Assembly: GCA_910577565.1 (NCBI GenBank)
Contig: CAJTNJ010000003.1
Span: forward strand, 25,090-89,089
Direction of reading: 5' to 3'
From: an uncultured Oscillospiraceae bacterium
GTDB taxonomy: Bacteria > Bacillota > Clostridia > Oscillospirales > Ruminococcaceae
Length of the DNA stretch: 64,000 bases
Below the pieces are notes generated by a model that had not been told where the DNA came from, did no database searches, and saw only the letters and a program-made list of their open reading frames with translations. Both the position numbers and the translations under genes were made by a program. This document shows positions 19,378-28,105 of the stretch, piece by piece. The stretch's first letter is position 1; every line of letters starts with the position of its first letter.

Positions 19378-21135
19378 CTAAATTTTATCGGTAACTCGAC
19401 CCGTCTGCGCATCCATAACCACATACATATCATCTTTTAATATCTTAGTTGCATTTTTTGCGTTAATTATAACCGGCTCATTCAACGACTTACCAACAGT
19501 TGATGAATGAGAGTTTTCTCCGCCAACTTCTGTTATAATGCCGTTGCACTTTTTCATGATATCGAGTAGTTCGTCAGACGTCTCCTTCATAACAAGTATA
19601 TCACCTGGTTTGCATTTTTTCATTGCTTCATCGTCGTTTTTTGCAACACAAACCCTACCTTTTGCGCTTTTTTTCGTTACACCTTTGCCCATTACAAGTA
19701 CATCGCCCACTACTTGAACTTTTAGCATGTTGGTGGTTCCGGCAACACCAAGTGGAACCCCCGCTGTTATTGCAACAATATCACCATGTTTTACATAACC
19801 ATTTTCAACGGTTGTGTCAAGCGCATGGTCAAACAAATCCTTAGTTTCGTCTTTAATATCGAGAAGCACGGGATAAACTCCCCAAGATAGGTTTAGTTGC
19901 CTGCAAACTTTTGGATTTGTCGACCCACCTATAATTATAACGTTTGGCCTATAGCTGGAGATTGTCTTTGCCGTATTCCCCGACATAGACACTGTTATTA
20001 TTGCGTTTGCGTCTAAATTATGAGCTGTAGATATTGTGGCTATTGCAATAGCTTTAGTTATATCGCCGTAATTTTTGTTGTCTTGGTTAGATTCGCGAAA
20101 CAAAAATCTCTTTTTATAGTGTATATTTGCTTCAGTTTCTTCTGCAATTTTAACCATTGTTTTGCATGACTCAACCGAAAAAGCACCGGCCGCCGTTTCA
20201 CCCGAAAGCATTATGGCAGATGTTCCATCATATATTGCGTTTGCTACATCGCTCGATTCTGCTCTTGTTGGCCTTGGATTTGAAACCATAGAATCAAGCA
20301 TTTGAGTTGCAGTTATGACAATTTTACCTGAACGATATGCCTTTTTTATAAGCATTTTTTGAATGTGCGGCAACTCCTCAAACGGAATCTCAACTCCCAT
20401 ATCTCCGCGCGCCACCATTATGCCATCCACAAGTCTCAATATTTCATCTATATTGTCAACGCCTTCACGGTTTTCGATTTTTGCAATTATATGCATATCG
20501 TGGCAGTTGTTTTCGTTAAGAATCTGCCTTATTTCCTGGATATCTTTTGCTGACCTTGTGAACGAAGCAGCTATAAAGTCAAATCCTTGTTTTATGCCAA
20601 ATTCTATATCTTCTCTGTCTTTTTCGCTTACAAACGGAAGCGAAAGGGAACAACCAGGAACATTTACGCCTTTTCTGTCTGAAATATTACCTCCATTTTC
20701 AACAATACACACAATTTTATCACGATCAATTTTTGTTACTCTAAGGTCTATGCGCCCATCGTCAATAAGTATGTGTGAATTTATATCAATATCATCTATT
20801 AAACCCGGATATGTCATCGATGCGCCGGTTTCATCGCCTACTATCTCGTGAGTATATAAATTAAACATTTGTCCCGCAATCAGATTAACCGATTTGCTTT
20901 TAAACGTATGCAACCTTATTTCCGGCCCTTTGGTATCGAGAAGTGTAGCTATTGGAAGATTTAGTTCTTTTCTTAAAGCGCAGACTTTGTCATATCTTGT
21001 TTTATGTTCTTTATGAGTTTGGTGGGAAAAATTAAACCGTGCAACATCCATACCCTCCATCATAAGCCTTTTAAGCGTATCTCCATTATCAGTAGATGGT
21101 CCTAAGGTGCACACAATTTTTGTTCTTCTGAGCAT
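19378..21135 (-). CDS. pyk: Pyruvate kinase with a C-terminal PEP-utilizer-type domain
   Basis: 585 aa. N-terminus MLRRTKIVCTLGPS, the MVARGDMGVEIP motif, and an extra ~90-aa C-terminal domain as in Bacillus-type Pyk. Confidence 0.95.
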   Translation of the reverse strand: MLRRTKIVCTLGPSTDNGDTLKRLMMEGMDVARFNFSHQTHKEHKTRYDKVCALRKELNLPIATLLDTKGPEIRLHTFKSKSVNLIAGQMFNLYTHEIVGDETGASMTYPGLIDDIDINSHILIDDGRIDLRVTKIDRDKIVCIVENGGNISDRKGVNVPGCSLSLPFVSEKDREDIEFGIKQGFDFIAASFTRSAKDIQEIRQILNENNCHDMHIIAKIENREGVDNIDEILRLVDGIMVARGDMGVEIPFEELPHIQKMLIKKAYRSGKIVITATQMLDSMVSNPRPTRAESSDVANAIYDGTSAIMLSGETAAGAFSVESCKTMVKIAEETEANIHYKKRFLFRESNQDNKNYGDITKAIAIATISTAHNLDANAIITVSMSGNTAKTISSYRPNVIIIGGSTNPKVCRQLNLSWGVYPVLLDIKDETKDLFDHALDTTVENGYVKHGDIVAITAGVPLGVAGTTNMLKVQVVGDVLVMGKGVTKKSAKGRVCVAKNDDEAMKKCKPGDILVMKETSDELLDIMKKCNGIITEVGGENSHSSTVGKSLNEPVIINAKNATKILKDDMYVVMDAQTGRVTDKI

Positions 21136-21962
21136 TTTATTCCCTCCGCAAAATACAAATATTAAATTAAAAAGTATATTCTAAACTATATTGTAAAATC
21201 TAATGTTAATTATATCAGACTACCAACGCTTCTTCAAGTTTTTGATATTCTAAAGTATGTCCAAAAAAAATTTGATATATCCAAAAGCACAACAAATAAC
21301 TGAGTTTTAAAATGAAAAAATCCCATAAACTTATTTTTATCTGTATATCTTAAAAATTGACATTGATAGCAAGTTTTATATCTCTTTAGCTTTTCTTTGA
21401 TAATAACTTGCTCGATTTTTAAATTTTTACTAATTACAGTTAAAATCTACGTTTTTCTGATTGTTATTATATTTAAATTTTCATATATTTCACATTCATA
21501 TTTTAGGTTAACACTTAATTGTGACTATTATAATAATTATTGCTTTTTTATGTGATTTTATAAAAGCCAAAAATTGCTTAAATGGTGTCTGTGCAAACGA
21601 AATTATAAATATGTTTCATAGACTATGCGCCCAACAATGGCATATCGGCAAGCAATTTTGTCGGCTAAGCAGGAGTGAATAGCATAACAGATAGCAAATT
21701 TTGTTCTGCATGTTTAATGCTTTCATAAAACAAAATAAAAAACATTGTTCACATAATTAATGCTTTAATAAACTATACCCGCTTGGTTAATTAGACTTTT
21801 TTGCGTTTAGGATGTTGTGTAGCATTATAAAAAAGTATGTGAAAAAATTTTGATTTTCTATTGTCTTAAATCATTAATATATCAATCACTTTTAATTTGT
21901 ACTTTATAAATATTCCAAAAAATTGATATAGTTTACATAAAACTAATGTCGGAGGCTTTAGT

Positions 21963-23582
21963 ATGTTAAAAAAAAGGCTGTCAATATTCTTCTTGATTTT
22001 TTTTATACTTTCTTCTTTGCTCATCATAAGGATCTCCATCATCGGATCAACACCTGAACTTTTAAATACGGCCAAAAGACAGCAGACTTACAAATTGAAC
22101 ATATCAAATGAACGTGCAAATATCTACGACCGAAAGATGAAAAAACTTACAAATACCCAAAAAGTTTGGAAAATTATCGCATGTCCTGATATAAGTGTTG
22201 TTGACGACATATTAGATATGGGAAGCGATTTGTCAAGAGAAGAACTTGCCGATTTAGTATCTTTGGGAAAACCGTTTATTGCAAAAGTTAAAAGCCCAAA
22301 TACCCAAAACAACAATATAATTCCCGTCTGCGTAACAAATCGCTGCTCAAAAGACGAGCTTGCAATACACACGCTTGGATATATCGATTCCGACGGCGAG
22401 GGCGTCTGCGGCATTGAAAAAGCATATAATGACTTCTTAAAGCAAAATTCCCACTCGGTAACTGCTTCTTGCACACTTGACGGAAAAAGCAAGTTTTTAA
22501 AGGGCGGGGCAGTTAATATTGAACCACATGGAAATGAAGACGCAGGCGTTATATTAACAATAGATTCAACCATACAGGATATTTTAGAGCGCTGCTGTAG
22601 TTCCATCAAAAAAGGTTCCGCTGTTGTTTTAAGCGCCGAAAATGCACAAATTTTAGCAATGGCAAGCTTTCCGTCATTTTCAACGGAAAATTTAAGCGAA
22701 GCAATTAATGATAAAGAAAATGCACCCATGATAAACAGATCATTAAATGCATATCCTGTTGGTTCTGTTTTTAAGATAGTAACCTCAGCTGCAGCTCTTG
22801 ACTTAGGAATTTCACCCAATACTATTTATAGCTGCACAGGAAGCATAGATATTTCTTCACAGATATTCCATTGTCATAACCGTAACGGACACGGAACGCT
22901 AAACATGGCATCGGCTTTTAAAGAATCTTGCAACCCTTACTTTATCGATCTCGGTCAAAAGCTTGGCAGCGAAAATTTAAGACATGCCGCAAAAAGCTTT
23001 GGCTTTGGACGCAAGATACAGCTTGCAGATAGTTTCGAAGCCTCTTCTGGTGCTTTGCCTCCCAGCCAAATGAGCATTGGTGAACTTGCAAACTTCAGTT
23101 TTGGACAAGGGAATCTGACTGCAACACCTTTGCAAGTGGCACAAATGGTGTTTGCTATTGCAGGAGACGGACACTCGATTTTGCCATCGCTTGTTATTGG
23201 GACAACGACAAATGGTAAAGATATAGTCACAAAAAAAGAAGCTGCTCCTATAAAGTCTACAAGCAAAGCTGCCGCACAACAGATTAGAGACTTTATGATC
23301 GGAGCAATCAAAAACACTGTAGCAGAGCCTAAATTCACAACTGCTGGCGGTAAATCATCAACCGCGCAAACAGGAAGAAAAAATCAAGATGGTTTGGAGG
23401 AATATGAAACATGGTTTGCCGGCTTCTTTCCCGCTGATAAACCGAAATATATTGCTGTGATAACACTTGAAAATGGCCGTTTTGGCACACTAGACTGCGG
23501 ACCTATATTTTCAAGGCTTGCTGATTATCTATGGACACTTGATGGCCCTGACTTATCAAACAACAATCAAAAAGACAAATAA
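21963..23582 (+). CDS. Class B penicillin-binding protein (SpoVD/FtsI-like transpeptidase, no PASTA domains)
   Basis: N-terminal TM anchor, SxxK = SVFK, SxN = SCN. The third box reads KSS (GGKSSTAQ) instead of K[TS]G. Confidence 0.85.
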   Translation: MLKKRLSIFFLIFFILSSLLIIRISIIGSTPELLNTAKRQQTYKLNISNERANIYDRKMKKLTNTQKVWKIIACPDISVVDDILDMGSDLSREELADLVSLGKPFIAKVKSPNTQNNNIIPVCVTNRCSKDELAIHTLGYIDSDGEGVCGIEKAYNDFLKQNSHSVTASCTLDGKSKFLKGGAVNIEPHGNEDAGVILTIDSTIQDILERCCSSIKKGSAVVLSAENAQILAMASFPSFSTENLSEAINDKENAPMINRSLNAYPVGSVFKIVTSAAALDLGISPNTIYSCTGSIDISSQIFHCHNRNGHGTLNMASAFKESCNPYFIDLGQKLGSENLRHAAKSFGFGRKIQLADSFEASSGALPPSQMSIGELANFSFGQGNLTATPLQVAQMVFAIAGDGHSILPSLVIGTTTNGKDIVTKKEAAPIKSTSKAAAQQIRDFMIGAIKNTVAEPKFTTAGGKSSTAQTGRKNQDGLEEYETWFAGFFPADKPKYIAVITLENGRFGTLDCGPIFSRLADYLWTLDGPDLSNNNQKDK

Positions 23583-23696
23583 GTTTGTCGTTTATGTTTA
23601 TGTTTATGTACACATTATAATTTAACATGCACAATATAAAATTAAAAAATATATTAAAACAACAAGTTTCATTATAATTTTGCAAAACTGCCACAA

Positions 23697-23998
23697 ACAG
23701 ACTTTCAACTTTATGTTTGGAGAAATCAAAAGCACTCTAGCAGAGCCTAAATTCACAACTGCTGATGGTAAAATCGTCAACCACACAAACAGGAAGAAAT
23801 CAAGACGGTTTAGAAGAATATGAAACATGGTTCGCCAGCTTCTTTCCCGCTGATAAACCGAAATATATTGCTGTGATAACACTTGAAAATGGCCGTTTTG
23901 GCACACTAGACTGCAAACCTATACTTAAGGCATGCTGATCTTGATGGTCTTGACCATCAGGCAACAATCAAAATGGAAGTGAGTTTGTAGTTAGTTTG
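23697..23998 (+). pseudogene. Degenerate duplicate of the PBP gene 3' tail
   Basis: Direct diverged copy of about 23283-23590. A ~100-nt core (gaatatgaaacatggtt...ggcacactagactgc) is nearly identical. Indels (+1, -2) near the KSS box break the frame. Confidence 0.8.
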
Positions 23999-24069
23999 TG
24001 CAACTAACACACGCATATTTATGTTATTATCACACTACTAAAGAAAACCATTTTCGTCAAAGCTAAACA

Positions 24070-24102
24070 AAAAGGTCTCAAGCAAATTGCCGGACCTTTT
24101 TT
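24070..24102. terminator. Bidirectional terminator between the PBP region and the YabE-like gene
   Basis: aaaaggtc (24070-24077) pairs with gacctttt (24093-24100). It has an A-run upstream and a T-run downstream. Confidence 0.55.
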
Positions 24103-24129
24103 CTGTTTAAAAACACTTTAACATTTAAT

Positions 24130-25164
24130 TTACAATATATAAACGTTAACTGTTCTGCTTCCAAAGCTTTTACACTCTTCTTTGGTATCCATATATAAAT
24201 CAACTAATACCGAACCATTCATTGTTGCTCCGCCACAATCTGACGCAATTGCATCACCATAAACAAATTTACCATCTTGTGATACAATATACAGCCTTGT
24301 GCCATACGGGATTTTTTTTGGATTAACTGCAACTCTCCCTCTGGCCGCTGCTGCCCCTGTTGCAGTCGTTCCGCCGCCACAATAAGCTGTTGCTCTTCCA
24401 GTCATGATACTTTTATAACCATCCGGCACTTTTTGTGTGCTGTCAAAATTACCTGCAATAGAGGACTTGGTCACCTTTTTCTTAGTCCCAACTAAAACAA
24501 CTTCGTTGATTGGTTCTATTATCATGTTGCTTCCAACTTCTACACTTTCCACCACAACACCGTCTACTGTTTTGTCTTCATAATATTTTATGATCTCGCC
24601 GTTTTGACCAACCGTTTGTATTTTTGTTTGGCCCTCAAAAAGTTGATTGGTTTTTATCGTTTCTTCTTCATATCCAACTTCTTCGGTTTCTGCACGGGAA
24701 GTATGAGATACTCGTGTAACAATAATATCCATTGAATCTTGCACCTTTTTATTTTGTTCAATATTCACCATATCATCGGCGCCAAGTTCAATGTTTTTTT
24801 CCGTTAATACGTCACCAACGTTTGCACTTGGTCTTATGCACAAAGTATCGGTTTTGCCATCGGCCGTTAAAGATAAATTAACAGCTCGGTCAATTGTTAT
24901 ATTAATATTGTGTCCGTCGTCTTCCACAGTTATGTCGTCTTGTGGAATAACTGCTATATTTTGGCTTTCAAGCATTGATTCAGTCTCGGTTTTTAATGTT
25001 GCAAATTTTAACTGCTCCCCATTATCCATAACAGTTACTATGCGATATGCTTGCATTAAACCTGTTGACAAAATAGTAACAATTAATATACAAAAACTTA
25101 AAAATAACGAACATATGACTTTTGCAAACCGTTTCTTGTTTATACCTTTTAGGTTTGAAAACAT
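24130..25164 (-). CDS. YabE-like protein (TM anchor, DUF348, G5 domain, C-terminal 3D domain)
   Basis: 344 aa. G5-like block GQTKIQTVGQNGEIIKYYEDKTVDG. The 3D domain carries the conserved Asp residues in GRVAVNPKKIPYGTRLYI...GDAIASDCGG...VDLYMD. Confidence 0.8.
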   Translation of the reverse strand: MFSNLKGINKKRFAKVICSLFLSFCILIVTILSTGLMQAYRIVTVMDNGEQLKFATLKTETESMLESQNIAVIPQDDITVEDDGHNINITIDRAVNLSLTADGKTDTLCIRPSANVGDVLTEKNIELGADDMVNIEQNKKVQDSMDIIVTRVSHTSRAETEEVGYEEETIKTNQLFEGQTKIQTVGQNGEIIKYYEDKTVDGVVVESVEVGSNMIIEPINEVVLVGTKKKVTKSSIAGNFDSTQKVPDGYKSIMTGRATAYCGGGTTATGAAAARGRVAVNPKKIPYGTRLYIVSQDGKFVYGDAIASDCGGATMNGSVLVDLYMDTKEECKSFGSRTVNVYIL

Positions 25165-25924
25165 ATAATAAAAACTCCTTTTTTAATAACACAGGCAAAA
25201 CGGTCAAACCTTTTTGTGTTCTAATTTTAAAACATCACTTTTTAATTTGTGTTTTGTTTGTGTAACTTTTTTGTAACCGTTTTGTTTTATTATACCCAGA
25301 TTTATTATAAGAGTCAACCGAGAATCAGATATATGTTTTATATATATTTCACAAAAGCAGTTGCGAAGTGTTAATAGTTTGTTCTTATACAGCGTCAATT
25401 TTTGTTGTTTTATGCTCAATTGTTAACAATTGTTTGTTAGGTTTGCTGAATTTCAAGTTTTTGCATTTGACTCTCTTTTTTATATATTTTCATAAGCCAT
25501 TACCAAACCTTTTATATGTTATGCATAATTAACTTGTAATTTTGTACATAATAAATACATATTTTTCACAAATAAAACACCTATTTAATGACCAAATATA
25601 CAATTAATTTAAAACAGTAACAAAATCTCAGAAAAGCTTCAAAAAGCAGTAAATAATTAAGGAAATATAAGAAAAAAATGACAATTTTTATTACTGTTTT
25701 TTTAGTTTTTCAATATTTTATAGCTTAAATAACTGGTTTTAATGCATTAATAAAATCATATCTATATATAGTAGAAATGATATGTTACAAACATCTGTTA
25801 AAATTTGACATGTCCATAAACAGTATGATATCATTTTAACTAAGAGCATAATTATAGTTGGGGGTAGATTGATATTAGTTTAACAAAAATTTCAACCCAG
25901 CTATATACGATATTAATATTATTT

Positions 25925-26530
25925 TTGCTTACGTATGTTTTTAGTGCAACGGCCTATTATTGCATGATGAAACAAAGAAATATGAAATATAAATCTTTAG
26001 CATTCATACCGTTTATTAATACAAGTTTTGTTTTAGGAGCTATTTCCGATTCAATAAACAGCAACTATAACCAAAAAACAAACTACAAATATATTCTTCT
26101 TGCTTTAAAAATTTTATTGTTTACTTCTTTTTTTGTTGTAGTTTATTTGCTTTATAATCACGACCCTTCTTTCATTGAAAAAATCTCGGCTGGCACCAAT
26201 ATACAAAATGGTGATTATCTTAACGCTTTGTCTTGGCTGTCTCTTTTGCCTTCGCCCAACTTATTTTTGATTTCTATCTTTTTCTTCATATATCTCTCGT
26301 CTGCATTTATTGGATTAATTGTGAGTTATAATACTTTTTACAATATATATAGGGAATATGATGAAAAAAGGTCAAAAATATATCTTGTCATAGCTATTTT
26401 ATTTGCTTTTATGTTTAATATTAAATTCATATCGCCCTTTATTGTTTTTATGATGAGAAACAACACACCAATGTTTAATTTACTAAATAATAAAAACAGC
26501 TTTAGTAATTTTAATAACAACCCTCATTGA
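25925..26530 (+). CDS. Uncharacterized polytopic membrane protein, paralog 1 of 3
   Basis: Shares AYY..MKQRN....LAFIPF.N....G.ISD.I and IYREY motifs with the next two ORFs. It has a TTG start and its N-terminus is about 30 aa shorter than the paralogs. The frame is open back to 25868 and encodes a TM-like LYTILILFLL, but with no canonical start codon. Confidence 0.65.
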   Translation: MLTYVFSATAYYCMMKQRNMKYKSLAFIPFINTSFVLGAISDSINSNYNQKTNYKYILLALKILLFTSFFVVVYLLYNHDPSFIEKISAGTNIQNGDYLNALSWLSLLPSPNLFLISIFFFIYLSSAFIGLIVSYNTFYNIYREYDEKRSKIYLVIAILFAFMFNIKFISPFIVFMMRNNTPMFNLLNNKNSFSNFNNNPH

Positions 26531-26569
26531 GTTTAATTTTATAATATTTTTTGAAAAGAGGTCATAGTT

Positions 26570-27190
26570 ATGGAACTGATACTTGGAAATATAATTTTAA
26601 TTTGCATGATAGTTGCATTTGTCCTTTCGCTTTATAGCATAGCGCAATATTTGCTAAGGGGTATTGCAGTCTATAAATTAGCTCAAAGCCGCAATATGAA
26701 TAACGCGTGGTTCGCTTGGGTTCCATTTGCGCGAATTTGGCTCTTTGGCTGCATAAGCGATGATATTAGGCTAAAAAAAGGTATTAAAAAATCATTTAAT
26801 GCAAAAACACTGCTTTTAACCTCAATAATCATCTACTCTATTCCGGTTTTGGTTATGATAGTAGCAATTTGCTTTATAGTTACTTCATTTATTAATGTTG
26901 ACAGCTATTCTGCAGTGCAAATTAGCCCTCTTATAGTTGGGGCGTTAATTTTATTTGGTTTTATTTTGCTTGAATTCGCAGCTTGCATAGTTTTTAAAAT
27001 ATTTTATTTCATATGCCACTATGATATTTATAAAGATTATGCACCTAAACAATCAACACTGTTTATTACAATTACAATCATTGCTGATTTAATATTTGAC
27101 CTACAAGCTTTAAGTTCAGTATTTTTGCTTGCAATTTCCAACAATAAACCCGCCACTTTGAATGATGATCTGTCAACTAATCTCAATTAA
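26570..27190 (+). CDS. Uncharacterized polytopic membrane protein, paralog 2 of 3
   Basis: 206 aa with an ATG behind AAGAGG. Motifs GIAVYKLAQSRNMNNAWFAWVPFARIWLFGCISDDI and IYKDY. Confidence 0.75.
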   Translation: MELILGNIILICMIVAFVLSLYSIAQYLLRGIAVYKLAQSRNMNNAWFAWVPFARIWLFGCISDDIRLKKGIKKSFNAKTLLLTSIIIYSIPVLVMIVAICFIVTSFINVDSYSAVQISPLIVGALILFGFILLEFAACIVFKIFYFICHYDIYKDYAPKQSTLFITITIIADLIFDLQALSSVFLLAISNNKPATLNDDLSTNLN

Positions 27191-27210
27191 CTGTTAATCT
27201 TTTTTAGGAA

Positions 27211-27840
27211 GTGTTTTGCTTGTATAATTTTATAGCTTATATTGCTCTGTTTATAATTGCTGTTCTTTCAATAATGGCCTTATTACTTTTACCGCTACTC
27301 TTTTTTGCAAACTACATTCTAAGCGGCATTGCTTATTATAAACTTGCAAAGGCAAGAAATATATCCGCTCCAGGCCTTGCTTGGGTTCCAATAGTTAACC
27401 TTTACCTAATAGGTAAAATAAGTGATGACATTAAAAGCAGCTATCAGAAGAAATCCAATAACAGGATTTTATTGTTGGTTTTCATTATCCTCGCTGCTGT
27501 ATTATCAGGAATTTTTAGCAATATAATGATGAATATAAATATATATTTAAACAGCTTAGGCATCTTCTTTTTTATGTTTGCGGCTATATTTGCTTTTGCT
27601 ATGACAGCTGTTATTATATATTTTTTGGTGCTGTTCTTTGGAGCCATATATACAATTTATAAAGAGTATAACCCCAAAAATGCAGTTATGTATTTAGTTT
27701 TATCTATTTTGCTGTCATTCATAGGGATAAAATTTATTGTTCCTATCTTTATGCTAACATTTATAAATAACAAAATTCCTGCTTCTAAGCAAGATCAAGA
27801 TCCAACCAATATTAATTCAAATCAAAATAACATAAGCTAG
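27211..27840 (+). CDS. Uncharacterized polytopic membrane protein, paralog 3 of 3
   Basis: Motifs GIAYYKLAKARNISAPGLAWVPIVNLYLIGKISDDI and IYKEY. The GTG at 27211 abuts AGGAAG, so TTG at 27220 is an alternative start. Confidence 0.75.
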   Translation: MFCLYNFIAYIALFIIAVLSIMALLLLPLLFFANYILSGIAYYKLAKARNISAPGLAWVPIVNLYLIGKISDDIKSSYQKKSNNRILLLVFIILAAVLSGIFSNIMMNINIYLNSLGIFFFMFAAIFAFAMTAVIIYFLVLFFGAIYTIYKEYNPKNAVMYLVLSILLSFIGIKFIVPIFMLTFINNKIPASKQDQDPTNINSNQNNIS

Positions 27841-27858
27841 CAATTTCGCTTAATTACC

Positions 27859-27887
27859 AACCTCGTGAGATAAACGCTTACGAGGTT
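27859..27887 (+). terminator. Candidate terminator after the three-paralog cluster
   Basis: aacctcgt (27859-27866) pairs with acgaggtt (27880-27887). The T tail is weak. Confidence 0.4.
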
Positions 27888-28032
27888 TCCTTGCAAAAAC
27901 TCATCTGTAAAGATTTATTAATAAAAAAATTTACTAGCAAATATCTGTCCATAAAACTTACTCATGAAAGATTTATTAGTGAAAGTCCTCATATGAAAAC
28001 GCAACATTGAGAATTTTATTTGTAAAAGATTT

Positions 28033-28058
28033 GCTAGCGGGCTAGCGAGCTAGCGGGG
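28033..28058. repeat. Triple tandem GCTAGCG motif
   Basis: gctagcg g gctagcg a gctagcg ggg. Each unit contains the palindrome GCTAGC. This is an isolated GC-rich patch in an AT-rich spacer 50 nt upstream of polA. Confidence 0.6.
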
Positions 28059-28105
28059 TTTTGGTTTAAAAATAATATAACATAAAAAATAAAAAGAGGT
28101 TAAAC

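Noticed and set aside
20363-20851. 162-aa plus-strand ORF. Similar long antisense ORFs occur at 22124-22819 and 47772-48254.
   Set aside because: All are antisense shadows inside strongly supported genes (pyk, PBP, obg). Their compositions are typical of reverse-frame translation.
23622-23906. 94-aa minus-strand ORF downstream of the PBP gene.
   Set aside because: It lies on the opposite strand of the degenerate PBP-tail duplicate, so the open frame is a by-product of that relic.
25204-25419. 71-aa minus-strand ORF in the spacer upstream of the YabE-like gene. Similar short ORFs lie at 12104-12298, 21866-22075, 37307-37507 and 46055-46252.
   Set aside because: These are AT-rich spacer ORFs without an RBS. 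Their translations are low-complexity I/L/K/F-rich with no family resemblance. The one at 46055-46252 is antisense to the IS1 relic.
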